In this document: positions 16,586 through 25,377 of the stretch, one piece after another
Layout: every line of letters starts with the position of its first letter
Position numbering within the stretch: position 1 is the stretch's first letter
From: Omnitrophica WOR_2 bacterium RIFCSPHIGHO2_02_FULL_67_20
GTDB taxonomy: Bacteria; Omnitrophota; Gorgyraeia; Aquiviventales; Aquiviventaceae
DNA length: 38,840 nucleotides
Direction of reading: 5' to 3'
Assembly (NCBI GenBank): GCA_001805695.1
Contig: MHGT01000036.1
Coordinates: 4,146-42,985, forward strand
Position numbers and translations under genes: made by a program
The notes under the pieces: model-generated
What the model saw: the letters and a program-made list of their open reading frames with translations, nothing else
What the model was told of the DNA's origin: nothing
The model's database searches: none

Positions 16586-17548
16586 ATGAGCGCGACGCCG
16601 TGGGCAGTTGGGGTGGATTTTGGCGGCACGACGGTGAAGGTGGGGCTGGTGACGCCCGCCGGCCGCGTGGCCGCGGTCCGCGTGCTCCCGACCGCGGAGC
16701 TCCGCCGTCCGGCGCAGTTCGCCGACGCGGTGAGCCAGGCGGTCCGGTCACTAGTCCAAGAACGCGGCCTGCGCATGAGCCGGATCGCGGGAGTCGGCAT
16801 CGGCGCGCCCGGGCCGGTGGACGCGGCGCGCGGCGTCATCCACTCGATGGTGAACGTGCCGGGGTGGCGCGAGGTTCCGCTGGCGCGGCGGCTCGCGCGG
16901 CGGCTTCAGTGCCGGTGCGTCGTGGATAACGACGCCAACTGCTTTGCGCTGGCCGAGTGGCGCTTCGGCGCGGGACGTGGCGCCGATGACCTTATCTGCC
17001 TCACGCTCGGGACGGGCCTCGGCGGCGGACTGATCCTGGACGGCGCGCTCTACCGCGGAGCCTCGGGTGCTGCGGGGGAGCCCGGCCACATGGTCATCGA
17101 CCCCCGCGGGCCGCGCTGCGGCTGCGGGCGGCGCGGGTGCCTGGAGGCGCTCGTGGGTACAGCGGCCATTGTGGCGCTCGGGCGGCCGGCCCTTCGGCGA
17201 TCGGCCCACCTGCGGCGGCTGGTTCGCGCGCACGGTGGACGGTTGATGCCCCGTCTGATTGGCCGGGCGGCTCGCGCGGGGGACCCGCACGCGCGGGCGG
17301 TCTGGGCCGAGATCGGGGCGCGCCTTGGCGTCGGCGTGGCGAACCTCGTGAACCTGTGCAACCCCGAGCGCGTGGTGATCGGCGGCGGGATCGCGAATAA
17401 CTGGTCGCTGTTCGCGCCGGCGATGCGCGTGACCGTGCGCCGCGAGGCGATGGCGGGGAGCGCGCGCGCGGTCCGGATCGTGCGCGCCCGGCTCGGAGAC
17501 TACGCTGGCATTGTCGGAGCGGCTGTGCTAGTTTGGGAAGACCGTTAG
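16586..17548 (+). CDS. ROK-family glucokinase/sugar kinase
   Basis: The N-terminal AVGVDFGGTTVKVGL and the zinc motif GHMVIDPRGPRCGCGRRGCLE are typical ROK features. A GTG at 16583 is an alternative start. Confidence 0.88.
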   Translation: MSATPWAVGVDFGGTTVKVGLVTPAGRVAAVRVLPTAELRRPAQFADAVSQAVRSLVQERGLRMSRIAGVGIGAPGPVDAARGVIHSMVNVPGWREVPLARRLARRLQCRCVVDNDANCFALAEWRFGAGRGADDLICLTLGTGLGGGLILDGALYRGASGAAGEPGHMVIDPRGPRCGCGRRGCLEALVGTAAIVALGRPALRRSAHLRRLVRAHGGRLMPRLIGRAARAGDPHARAVWAEIGARLGVGVANLVNLCNPERVVIGGGIANNWSLFAPAMRVTVRREAMAGSARAVRIVRARLGDYAGIVGAAVLVWEDR

Positions 17549-17634
17549 GTCCGTTATGCCGGTTGCGCCCGTTGAGCCGGTTGGCAGTCCGTGCGAACGG
17601 GCTCAACGGGCCTAACGGGCTCAACGGGCCAACG
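17541..17634. repeat. 9-bp-unit palindromic array, GCCCGTT family, copy 3 of 4
   Basis: accgttagg tccgttatg ccggttgcg cccgttgag ccggttgg cagtccgtgcg aacgggc tcaacgggc ctaacgggc tcaacgggc caacgag. The ROK stop codon (17546-17548) lies in the first unit. Confidence 0.9.
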
Positions 17635-17648
17635 AGACGGAGTCCCGA

Positions 17649-18371
17649 ATGAAAATCTTCCTGGATTCGGCGAATCTCGCGGAGATCCGCGAGGCGGTGA
17701 GTTGGGGCGCCATCGACGGGGTCACCACCAACCCGAGCCTGGTCGCCAAGGAGGGGTGCCGCTTCTTCCCGCTCCTGAAGGAGATTTGCGAAACGGTGAA
17801 TGGCCCCGTGAGCATGGAGACGATCTCCCGCGACGCGGCCGGGATGGTGGACGAGGGGCGCGCGTTTGCGAAACTCCACCCGCACATCGTCGTGAAATGC
17901 CCGCTGACCCAGGAGGGACTGGCGGCGACGCGCCGGCTCTCGAAGGAGCAGATCCGCGTCAACGTCACCCTCTGCTTCTCCCCCTCGCAAGCACTCCTCG
18001 CGGCCAAGGCGGGTGCGGCCTACGTCTCGCCCTTCGTCGGCCGGCTGGACGACATCAGCGCCGACGGCATGGGGCTCATCCGGGACATCAAGACGATCTA
18101 CGCGAACTACGCCTTCTCCACCCAGATCCTGGTGGCGAGCGTCCGCCACCCGCTCCATGTCGTCGAGGCAGCGCGGCTCGGCGCCGACGCGGCGACGATG
18201 CCCTTCGCCGTCCTCCAGTCGCTGGTCAAGCATCCGCTGACCGAGGCCGGCCTTGAGCGCTTCCTCAAAGACTGGGAGAAGCTGCCTCCCGAGGCGAAGG
18301 CGTGGAAGTCTTCCAGCGCCGTCTCCGACACCGCCGCCGAAGCGCGCGGACGCCAGCGTATCAACCGTTAA
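17649..18371 (+). CDS. tal: Transaldolase / fructose-6-phosphate aldolase family (short type)
   Basis: [16 protein letters not shown]...GVTTNPSL and NVTLCFS...[11 protein letters not shown]. It has a ~20-aa C-terminal tail beyond the usual end. Confidence 0.92.
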   Translation: MKIFLDSANLAEIREAVSWGAIDGVTTNPSLVAKEGCRFFPLLKEICETVNGPVSMETISRDAAGMVDEGRAFAKLHPHIVVKCPLTQEGLAATRRLSKEQIRVNVTLCFSPSQALLAAKAGAAYVSPFVGRLDDISADGMGLIRDIKTIYANYAFSTQILVASVRHPLHVVEAARLGADAATMPFAVLQSLVKHPLTEAGLERFLKDWEKLPPEAKAWKSSSAVSDTAAEARGRQRINR

Positions 18372-18384
18372 CGACGCCATCTCC

Positions 18385-21300
18385 GTGAGCACCGAGACCG
18401 CCTCCGCTTCCAACACGGGACGTCCTGCCGCCCGCGCGGCCCGCGCCGCGTTCCTCAGTTGTCTCACCGCCTGGATGCTGCTCGCTCCGAGCGGCGTCAC
18501 GCTGGCCGGCGCGCCCGGCGAGGCGCGCGCCGCGGAAGCGGCGGTACAGGCCGATCCGGAGCTCGCCGAGCGCGTGCGGCGCCAGTGGGACGACGTCCGC
18601 GCAGCGCTGCGGCGGGGAGACTACGCCGCGGCACAGCGGTCGCTCGATCTCATCCGCGGGCTCGCCCCCGATGATCCCGACCTGCCGCTCTATCAGTTGC
18701 TGCTTCGCGCCCGCGACGAGTCGCCCTCGCCGTTCGCCCGGATGACTCCGGATGACCTGGCGTCGTTGAAGCGGCGGCTGGACGAAGAGGAGCGCGGCCG
18801 GCGGAGGAACGCCGCGCAGCTCAAGGCGCTCGACCGGCAGGCGGCGAAGGAACGGGCGAAGTGGGACCAAGAATCGAAGCGGCTGCAGCGCGCCCGCCCC
18901 CCCGGCCCGCCCACAACTCAGGCCGGGGGGGAGGCCGAACAGGACGCCAAGCGCAAGCAGCGCGCCCGCCAGATCACTCCTGCCCCGAGTCCTGCCGGGG
19001 TGCTGGCCGAAGCCGAAGTTCCGGCCCGAGCGGTGACGGCGGCACCGGCCGGCGTCTCGCCCTCGGAGGAAACCCCGGAGCGGCCGGCTCCGGGAGCCGC
19101 CCTAGGAGCGGTGCGCCCGGCCGTCCCATCCGGTCCCGCAACCCCCGGGTCGGTTCAGCTGGCTCCCGTGACGGTTGAGACGGCCGCGCGCGCGCGGCCG
19201 ACGGCGGGCGCCGTCCAGATCAACGCGAACCAGATAAGCGTCTCACCCGACCGGAAGATCGCCGTGGCCGAAGGGAACGTCGAGGTGATTTTTGAGAACG
19301 CCGTCCTCACCTGCGACCACGTCACCCTCTTCACCGACACGAAGGACGTGTACGCGGAGGGTCGCGTGCGCCTCGAGGAGGGGACCCAGGTCTCCCGCGG
19401 CGAGCTGGTCCATTACAACCTCGAAACGAAGAAAGGCCGCTTCCTCCAGGGCACCGTCTCGACGCCGCCCTGGCACCAGCACGGCCGCAGCGTCGAGCAC
19501 ATCGCCGAAGGCGTCTACCGGGTCACCCCGGGCTACGTCACCTCCTGCGAGCTGGAGCCGCCGCACTTCCGGTTCGCCGGCCGCCGCGCGACCGTCTTCG
19601 CGGATGACAAGCTTGTGCGTGTGCAGAACGCGGCGCTGTTTGTCGAACAGATCCCGTTCCTCTATCTTCCCTGGATCTCCGTCGCGGACCGGAAGTCGCC
19701 CTTCTTCCTCATCCCCGGCAAGCGCAAGCCGTGGGGCGAGTTCGCGCTCATGGGCTACCGCTACGAGCTGCCGGGCATCCTCGGCCTCAGCCAGAAAGGC
19801 GCCGCCAGGCTGGACTGGCGGCGCAGCTTCGGATGGGGCATGGGACTGGACCACGAAATCGCGTCGGAGGCGTTCGGCAAGGGACTGCTGAAGCTCTACT
19901 ACAACGCTGTCGGCGACCGCACAACGGTGGACACCGCGCGGCCGAAGGGCGCCGACGGCCAGCGCTACCGGCTGCTGTGGCGGCACCGCTGGCAGCCCAT
20001 GCCGGACACGACGGTCATCACCGACCTCCAGAAGTACAGCGACGTGAACTTCCGCAAGGACTTCCTGTTCCGGGAGGAGTTCACCGAAGACGACGCGTCG
20101 GAAAGTTTCGTCTCGGTGGTGAAAAACACCCCCGAGTTTACCGTCACCGGCTTAGTGAAGCGTCGGCTCAACCGTTTTCAGAGCGTCACGGAAGCGCTCC
20201 CGGAGCTGACCGTGTCGGCGCGTCCGCAGCAGATCGGGCAGACGCCGCTCTTCTCGGAAAGCCAGATTGATTTCGCCAACTTCAACGCGAAGACCGCCCA
20301 TTCAGAGACCGACACGGATGCCGTCCGGGTCGATTGGTTCCAGCAGCTGAGCTACGCGCTGAACTGGTTCCGCCCGATTGCGCTCACCCCCAAGGTCGGC
20401 ATCCGTCAGACGTACTACACCAAGGATAAGCAGGGAGGGATTGAGCGGCCGCAAGGGAAGCGAGACGTCATCAGCGGCCAGGCATCCGCGGGGGCCGACG
20501 CCAGCCTGAAGCTGTTCCGGATCTTTCCCGTCACGACGAAGATGCTGGGGCTGGACATCAACTGGCTGCGGCACGTCCTCACCCCCACCGTGGCGTACTC
20601 CTACGTCCACCGTCCGACGGTGCCGAACGACCTGCTGAACTTCGCCGTGGCCGCCAGCCCGACGAACCAGCTGGCCTTCTCTCTCGAGAATAAGCTCCAA
20701 ACGAAGCGCAGGATGGGGGATGGAAAGATGCGCGCGGTTGATGTGGTGCGGTTCATCACCTCCGTGCCCTACACGTTCCGCGGGACGCAGAACAAGCAGG
20801 GTGGGCGGCTGGGAGATGTGTCCTTCGACTTGGAGTGCTATCCGTGGTCGTGGCTCCGCCTCGAGTCGGTATGGAGCGTCCCCAGCCATTTCCTGCCAGG
20901 CTCGCGGGATGCCCGGATCCCCTCCTGGAGCCTCGACCTCGTCGCGGTCGGCGGACAGGAAGCCCCGCAGGCGCAATACGCCTCCGACATCCAGGCCCCG
21001 ACGCCCCGCCCGTTCCAAGCGGGAGCGGTGGGCGGCCTCCAGATGCTCCCCCAGGGCCAGTGGTACCTGGGGCTGGGCCACCGCTACTCGCAGAACGACA
21101 AGACCGAGGAGGTCATCCAGTTCGACTGGCGGCTCACCGAGAAGTGGCAGATCGGGACGTTCCACCGCTTCACAGTGAAAGAAGTCGTTAACAGGGCCAA
21201 GCGGTTCCACAACCTGCGGGAGTACCAGTACACGCTCCGCCGGGACCTTCACGACTGGGTCGCCGAGCTCGTGTACCGCGTGGACCGCGAGTTCGGAGAG

Positions 21301-21435
21301 GAGCTGTTCTTCACGCTGACGCTCAAGGCGTTTCCCGATCTACCGATCGAAACCGAGACATCCTACCACCAACCCAAGCTCGGCTCCCAAAGCAGCCCGT
21401 TCTCTCCCATCCGCACGTCCATCCGCACGCCCTGA
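18385..21435 (+). CDS. lptD: LPS-assembly outer-membrane protein LptD/OstA with a long N-terminal extension
   Basis: An OstA_N-like segment (ISVSPDRKIAVAEGNVEVIFENAVLTCDHVTLFTDTKDVYAEGRVRLEEG) is followed by a large beta-barrel-like C-terminal region. The GTG at 18385 precedes a signal-like sequence (AAFLSCLTAWMLLAPSGVTLAGA). The start is uncertain. Confidence 0.82.
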   Translation: MSTETASASNTGRPAARAARAAFLSCLTAWMLLAPSGVTLAGAPGEARAAEAAVQADPELAERVRRQWDDVRAALRRGDYAAAQRSLDLIRGLAPDDPDLPLYQLLLRARDESPSPFARMTPDDLASLKRRLDEEERGRRRNAAQLKALDRQAAKERAKWDQESKRLQRARPPGPPTTQAGGEAEQDAKRKQRARQITPAPSPAGVLAEAEVPARAVTAAPAGVSPSEETPERPAPGAALGAVRPAVPSGPATPGSVQLAPVTVETAARARPTAGAVQINANQISVSPDRKIAVAEGNVEVIFENAVLTCDHVTLFTDTKDVYAEGRVRLEEGTQVSRGELVHYNLETKKGRFLQGTVSTPPWHQHGRSVEHIAEGVYRVTPGYVTSCELEPPHFRFAGRRATVFADDKLVRVQNAALFVEQIPFLYLPWISVADRKSPFFLIPGKRKPWGEFALMGYRYELPGILGLSQKGAARLDWRRSFGWGMGLDHEIASEAFGKGLLKLYYNAVGDRTTVDTARPKGADGQRYRLLWRHRWQPMPDTTVITDLQKYSDVNFRKDFLFREEFTEDDASESFVSVVKNTPEFTVTGLVKRRLNRFQSVTEALPELTVSARPQQIGQTPLFSESQIDFANFNAKTAHSETDTDAVRVDWFQQLSYALNWFRPIALTPKVGIRQTYYTKDKQGGIERPQGKRDVISGQASAGADASLKLFRIFPVTTKMLGLDINWLRHVLTPTVAYSYVHRPTVPNDLLNFAVAASPTNQLAFSLENKLQTKRRMGDGKMRAVDVVRFITSVPYTFRGTQNKQGGRLGDVSFDLECYPWSWLRLESVWSVPSHFLPGSRDARIPSWSLDLVAVGGQEAPQAQYASDIQAPTPRPFQAGAVGGLQMLPQGQWYLGLGHRYSQNDKTEEVIQFDWRLTEKWQIGTFHRFTVKEVVNRAKRFHNLREYQYTLRRDLHDWVAELVYRVDREFGEELFFTLTLKAFPDLPIETETSYHQPKLGSQSSPFSPIRTSIRTP

Positions 21436-21439
21436 TCGC

Positions 21440-21483
21440 AAAGTACCAGGTACTTTTCCCCGCACAAAAAGTACCTGGTGCTT
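21440..21483. terminator. AT-rich 17-bp hairpin after lptD whose two arms are each self-palindromic (terminator and/or twin operator)
   Basis: AAAGTACCAGGTACTTTT (21440-21457), the loop CCCCGCAC, then AAAAGTACCTGGTGCTT (21467-21483). Each arm is an AAGTACC-N-GGTACTT palindrome. Confidence 0.45.
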
Positions 21484-21498
21484 GTGAGCGCTTTTGAC

Positions 21499-21504
21499 TA
21501 TAAT
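21499..21504 (+). promoter_or_regulatory. Candidate -10 box (TATAAT) upstream of ugd
   Basis: A perfect TATAAT 36 nt upstream of the ATG. The GAGGAG RBS is at 21527-21532. The -35 region is weak and overlaps the second palindrome. Confidence 0.4.
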
Positions 21505-21539
21505 TGGAGTTCCCATTCCGTCGTCTGAGGAGCCAGCAT

Positions 21540-22856
21540 ATGGAGATTAGCGTAGTTGGGGCCGGCCACGTCGGGTTGGTGACGGGTGCCTGCTTCGCGG
21601 ACCTCGGCCACTCCGTGGTCGTGGTGGATAATGACGCCAAGCGGATCACCAACCTCAGGAAGGGCGTCATGCCCTACTACGAGCCCGGCCTGGAGGAACT
21701 GGTGGCCCGGGGGGTGCGGGAGAAACGGTTGACGTTCACCACGTCGCTCAAGGAAGGGGTCGCACAGTCCACCATCATCTTCATCGCCGTCGGCACTCCG
21801 CAGAAGGCGACGGGCGAGGCGGACCTCGCCTACGTCGAGATCGTCGCCCGGTCCATCGCGGAATGCCTCCCCGGCTACCGGCTCGTGGTGGAGAAGTCCA
21901 CCGTGCCGGTGCAGACCGGGAAGTGGGTCGCCCACACGATCAAGACCTACCTGAAGAAGAAACAGTCCTTCGACGTGGCCTCCAACCCCGAGTTTCTGCG
22001 CGAAGGCACCGCCATCCAGGACTTCATGAAGCCCGACCGCGTCGTGCTCGGCGTGGAATCCGCCCGCGCGAAGGCCCTGCTCGTCGAGCTCTACAAGCCG
22101 CTCGGGGTTCCCATCGTCGTGACCGACATCAACAGCGCCGAGCTCATCAAGCACGCCTCCAATTCCTTCTTGTCCATGAAGATCTCCTTTATCAACGCGG
22201 TGTCCCAGATTTGCGAGCGCGTGGGTGCTGACGTGGCGCAGGTGGCCGACGGGATGGGCCTGGACCCGCGCATCGGCCGCTCGTTCCTCAATGCGGGGGC
22301 GGGTTTCGGCGGCTTCTGCTTCCCGAAAGATTTGGAAGCGTTCATCAAAATCGCCGAGCAGCTCGGCTACGACTTCGAGCTCCTGAAGGCGGTGCGCAAC
22401 GTCAATGAGCAGCAGAAGCGCGTCTTCGCGGCGAAAATCCAGCGCGCCCTCTGGGTGGTGAAGGGCAAGACGATTGCGGTGCTGGGCCTGGCGTTCAAGC
22501 CGAACACCGACGACATGCGCTACGCGCCGGCCATCGACGTCATCGAGTACCTGCAGGGCGAGGGCGCCGCCATCCGGGCCTTCGACCCGCAGGCCATGAA
22601 GGAGGCGGCGCGCCTGCTGCCGAAGGTCACGCTGTGCAAGGATCCTTACGACGCCGCGCGGGGGGCGGACTGCCTCGCGGTCCTGACCGAGTGGAACGAG
22701 TTCAAGGAGCTCGACTTCAAGCGGCTCAAGAAGCTCCTGCGCCAGCCGCTGGTCGTCGATGGGCGGAACATCTACGATCCGGCGCGCATGCGCGCGCTGG
22801 GCTTCCGGTACCACGGCATCGGGCGGGGCAAGGACGACTCGGGAGCCGGGGAGTAA
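21540..22856 (+). CDS. ugd: UDP-glucose 6-dehydrogenase
   Basis: MEISVVGAGHVGLVTGACFADLGH, the catalytic GFGGFCFPKD, and GLAFKPNTDDMR. Confidence 0.95.
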   Translation: MEISVVGAGHVGLVTGACFADLGHSVVVVDNDAKRITNLRKGVMPYYEPGLEELVARGVREKRLTFTTSLKEGVAQSTIIFIAVGTPQKATGEADLAYVEIVARSIAECLPGYRLVVEKSTVPVQTGKWVAHTIKTYLKKKQSFDVASNPEFLREGTAIQDFMKPDRVVLGVESARAKALLVELYKPLGVPIVVTDINSAELIKHASNSFLSMKISFINAVSQICERVGADVAQVADGMGLDPRIGRSFLNAGAGFGGFCFPKDLEAFIKIAEQLGYDFELLKAVRNVNEQQKRVFAAKIQRALWVVKGKTIAVLGLAFKPNTDDMRYAPAIDVIEYLQGEGAAIRAFDPQAMKEAARLLPKVTLCKDPYDAARGADCLAVLTEWNEFKELDFKRLKKLLRQPLVVDGRNIYDPARMRALGFRYHGIGRGKDDSGAGE

Positions 22857-22886
22857 GGATGGCGCCGACCCGGACCGCCGCCGGCC

Positions 22887-22997
22887 GTTCACCCCGTACC
22901 ACGGAAGCCCCGCCTGTCAAGGCGGGGAGGAAGTGGCAATCGACCCCGAAGGGTATTTTCGGAAGCCACGGGCGTAAGCCCGTGGTACGGGGTTCGC
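22887..22997 (+). repeat. Conserved ~112-nt structured palindromic element, copy B
   Basis: It has the same termini and the same three helices as 16455-16568. Two stem positions changed in a compensatory way (CCCCGCCT-GTCA-AGGCGGGG and CCACGGGC-GTAA-GCCCGTGG). Confidence 0.7.
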
Positions 22998-23542
22998 CCA
23001 TCGCCGGAGTCCCCCGCGGGGATCGGGAGAGCCGCTCCGCGCGTCCGGAGGTCCCGGCCCCGGCCTCGCGGACGGCGGGGAAGCCGCTCATTCAGGGGCT
23101 GCGGACCAAAGCGCTGCGCGTGGTGCCGGACGAGCGCGGCCGTCTCTTCGAGATGCTGCGGCAGGATGACGAGCTGTTCCTGAAGTTCGGGCAGGCGTAC
23201 TGCACGACCGTGAACGCCGGCGTGGTGAAGGGCTGGCACTATCACAAGAAACAGCAGGACAACTTCGTCTGCGTCAGCGGCATGATCAAGCTGGTGGCGT
23301 ACGACAGCCGGCCGGACTCGCCGACCAAGGGCCTCCTCAACGAATTCTTTATCGGCGTCCACCATCCGCTGCTCGTGCAGATCCCGCCGGGCGTCTACCA
23401 CGGCTTCAAAGGGCTCACCGACCCGGAGGCGATCGTCATCAACCTCTCGACCGAGCCCTACGACCATCAGCAGCCCGACGAGTACCGCCTGCCGCCGCAC
23501 ACGAGCGAGATCCCCTATGACTGGAACCACAAGGATGGGTGA
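22982..23542 (+). CDS. rmlC: dTDP-4-dehydrorhamnose 3,5-epimerase-like cupin (short RmlC-type); start uncertain
   Basis: The conserved core starts near 23090 (LIQGLRTKALRVVPDERGRLFEML...GWHYHKKQQDNFVCVSG...PPGVYHGF). The only canonical in-frame start upstream of the core is the GTG at 22982, inside repeat copy B. Confidence 0.75.
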   Translation: MVRGSPIAGVPRGDRESRSARPEVPAPASRTAGKPLIQGLRTKALRVVPDERGRLFEMLRQDDELFLKFGQAYCTTVNAGVVKGWHYHKKQQDNFVCVSGMIKLVAYDSRPDSPTKGLLNEFFIGVHHPLLVQIPPGVYHGFKGLTDPEAIVINLSTEPYDHQQPDEYRLPPHTSEIPYDWNHKDG

Positions 23543-23560
23543 TCGGCGTTGGGACGTGCG

Positions 23561-24328
23561 ATGAAGGGCGTCGTCCTGGCGGGCGGGCTGGGCAAGCGGC
23601 TGGAGCCGCTCACGCGCATCACGAACAAGCACCTGCTGCCCATCTACGACCGCCCGATGATCTTCTATCCGCTCCAGACGCTGGTCGAGGCCGGGCTGAC
23701 CGAGATCCTCCTGGTGACCGGCGGCAATAATGCGGGGGATTTCCTCCGGCTGCTCGGCAACGGCCGGGAGCTCGGCCTCAAGCACCTGCACTACACCTAC
23801 CAGCGCGGCGAGGGCGGCATCGCGGAGGCGCTGGACCTGGCGGAAGATTTCGCCGCCGGCGAGCCCATCGTGGTCATTCTCGGCGACAACCTGGTCGAAC
23901 GTTCGATCCATCCCTATGTGGAACGCTTCGCCGCCCAGGGCTCGGGCGCCAAGATCCTCCTCAAGGAGGTGGACGACCCCTGGCGCTTCGGCGTCCCCGA
24001 TCTGCAGGGGGACCGCATCGCGGGCATCGAGGAGAAGCCGCGGCATCCGAAGTCCCCGTACGCCGTCACCGGCATCTACATGTACGACGCGCAGGTGTTC
24101 GGCATCATCAAGACGCTGAAACCCTCGGGCCGCGGCGAGCTGGAGATCACCGATGTCAACAATGCGTACATCGCGCGCGGGCAGATGACCTACGACATCC
24201 TCGAGGGCTGGTGGACCGACGCGGGGCTGCCGGAGACCCTCTACCGCGCGACGACCCTGATGCGTGAACGTCGGCTCAAGGAGGGTGGAGCATCGGCCGA
24301 GCCGGTCATGCTGGTCAAGCATCCATGA
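23561..24328 (+). CDS. rmlA: Glucose-1-phosphate thymidylyltransferase-like sugar nucleotidyltransferase (short form)
   Basis: MKGVVLAGGLGKRLEPLTRITNKHLLPIYDRPMIFYPL, and EKP..P.S.YAVTGIYMYD. Confidence 0.88.
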   Translation: MKGVVLAGGLGKRLEPLTRITNKHLLPIYDRPMIFYPLQTLVEAGLTEILLVTGGNNAGDFLRLLGNGRELGLKHLHYTYQRGEGGIAEALDLAEDFAAGEPIVVILGDNLVERSIHPYVERFAAQGSGAKILLKEVDDPWRFGVPDLQGDRIAGIEEKPRHPKSPYAVTGIYMYDAQVFGIIKTLKPSGRGELEITDVNNAYIARGQMTYDILEGWWTDAGLPETLYRATTLMRERRLKEGGASAEPVMLVKHP

Positions 24329-25377
24329 CCGCCACACCCCGCACGAGCCTGTTGGTCACCGGGGGTGCCGGCTTCATCGGTTCCCATTTCGTTCGTTCCT
24401 GGCTGGCGACGCATCCGGCCGATACCGTCGTGACCTTCGATCTTCTGACGTATGCCGGCTCACGCGACCGACTGGCTGCTCTTAAGGCCGACACCCGTCA
24501 TCGGTTCATCCAGGGAGATATCTGCGACGCGGCCGCCGTGCGCCGCGCGATCAGTGGCTGCCGGCTCGTCGTGCATTGCGCCGCCGAAACCCACGTCGAT
24601 CGCTCCATCACGGATGCGGCCCCATTTCTGCGCACCAACGTCGAGGGGACCTACACGCTTCTGCAAGAAGCGCGTACGGCGGGGGTCAGCCGGTTCCTCC
24701 ATGTCAGCACCGATGAAGTCTACGGGCCGGTGGAGCGCGGGGCGGTGGATGAGCAGGCCCCGCTGTCGCCCCGCAGCCCGTACGCGGCCAGCAAGGCGGC
24801 CGGCGATCTGTTAGCGCAGTCCTTCCGGGACACCTTCGGGTTTCCGGTCATCGTGGCGCGCCCGACGAACATTTACGGGCCGGGGCAGTTCCCGGAGAAG
24901 TTTATCCCGCTGTGCATCACGAATGCGTGCGCGGGCGTGCCCGTGCCGATCTACGGCGACGGACAGCAGCGACGCGCCTGGCTCTTCGTGGACGATGCGT
25001 GCGACGCGCTGCGCATCCTCGTCGAGCGCGGGACGGCTGGCGAGGTGTACAACGTGGCCAGCGGCGACGAGCGGGCGAATCTAGACACCGCCGCAATGGT
25101 CCTGGCCAAGCTCGGCCGGCCGCAAGAGCTCTTGCAGCGCGTGGCGGACCGCCCGGGCCATGACCGCCGCTACGCCATGGACGACGCAAAGCTGCGCGCC
25201 CTCGGCTGGCAGCCGCAGACGCCGTTTGCGCAGGGGCTGGAAGCGACGATCGACTGGTACCGCGCCAACGAGGCGTGGTGGAAACCGCTGACGCAGACGC
25301 TCCGTGAAGACGCTTATCACTGGCTCAACCGGACTCCTGGGCCACTCGCTCATCCGGCGCCTCGTCGCGTTGGGTGA
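24325..25377 (+). CDS. rmlB: dTDP-glucose 4,6-dehydratase
   Basis: [28 protein letters not shown] and the C-terminal IDWYRANEAWW. Its ATG overlaps the rmlA stop (ATGA). Confidence 0.95.
   Translation: MTATPRTSLLVTGGAGFIGSHFVRSWLATHPADTVVTFDLLTYAGSRDRLAALKADTRHRFIQGDICDAAAVRRAISGCRLVVHCAAETHVDRSITDAAPFLRTNVEGTYTLLQEARTAGVSRFLHVSTDEVYGPVERGAVDEQAPLSPRSPYAASKAAGDLLAQSFRDTFGFPVIVARPTNIYGPGQFPEKFIPLCITNACAGVPVPIYGDGQQRRAWLFVDDACDALRILVERGTAGEVYNVASGDERANLDTAAMVLAKLGRPQELLQRVADRPGHDRRYAMDDAKLRALGWQPQTPFAQGLEATIDWYRANEAWWKPLTQTLREDAYHWLNRTPGPLAHPAPRRVG

Noticed and set aside
22634-22981. ORF-track start at 22634 for the rmlC-like protein (302 aa)
   Set aside because: The first ~115 codons overlap the ugd 3' end in another frame and then the repeat element. 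They are Arg/Ala/Gly-rich with no similarity to cupin epimerases.
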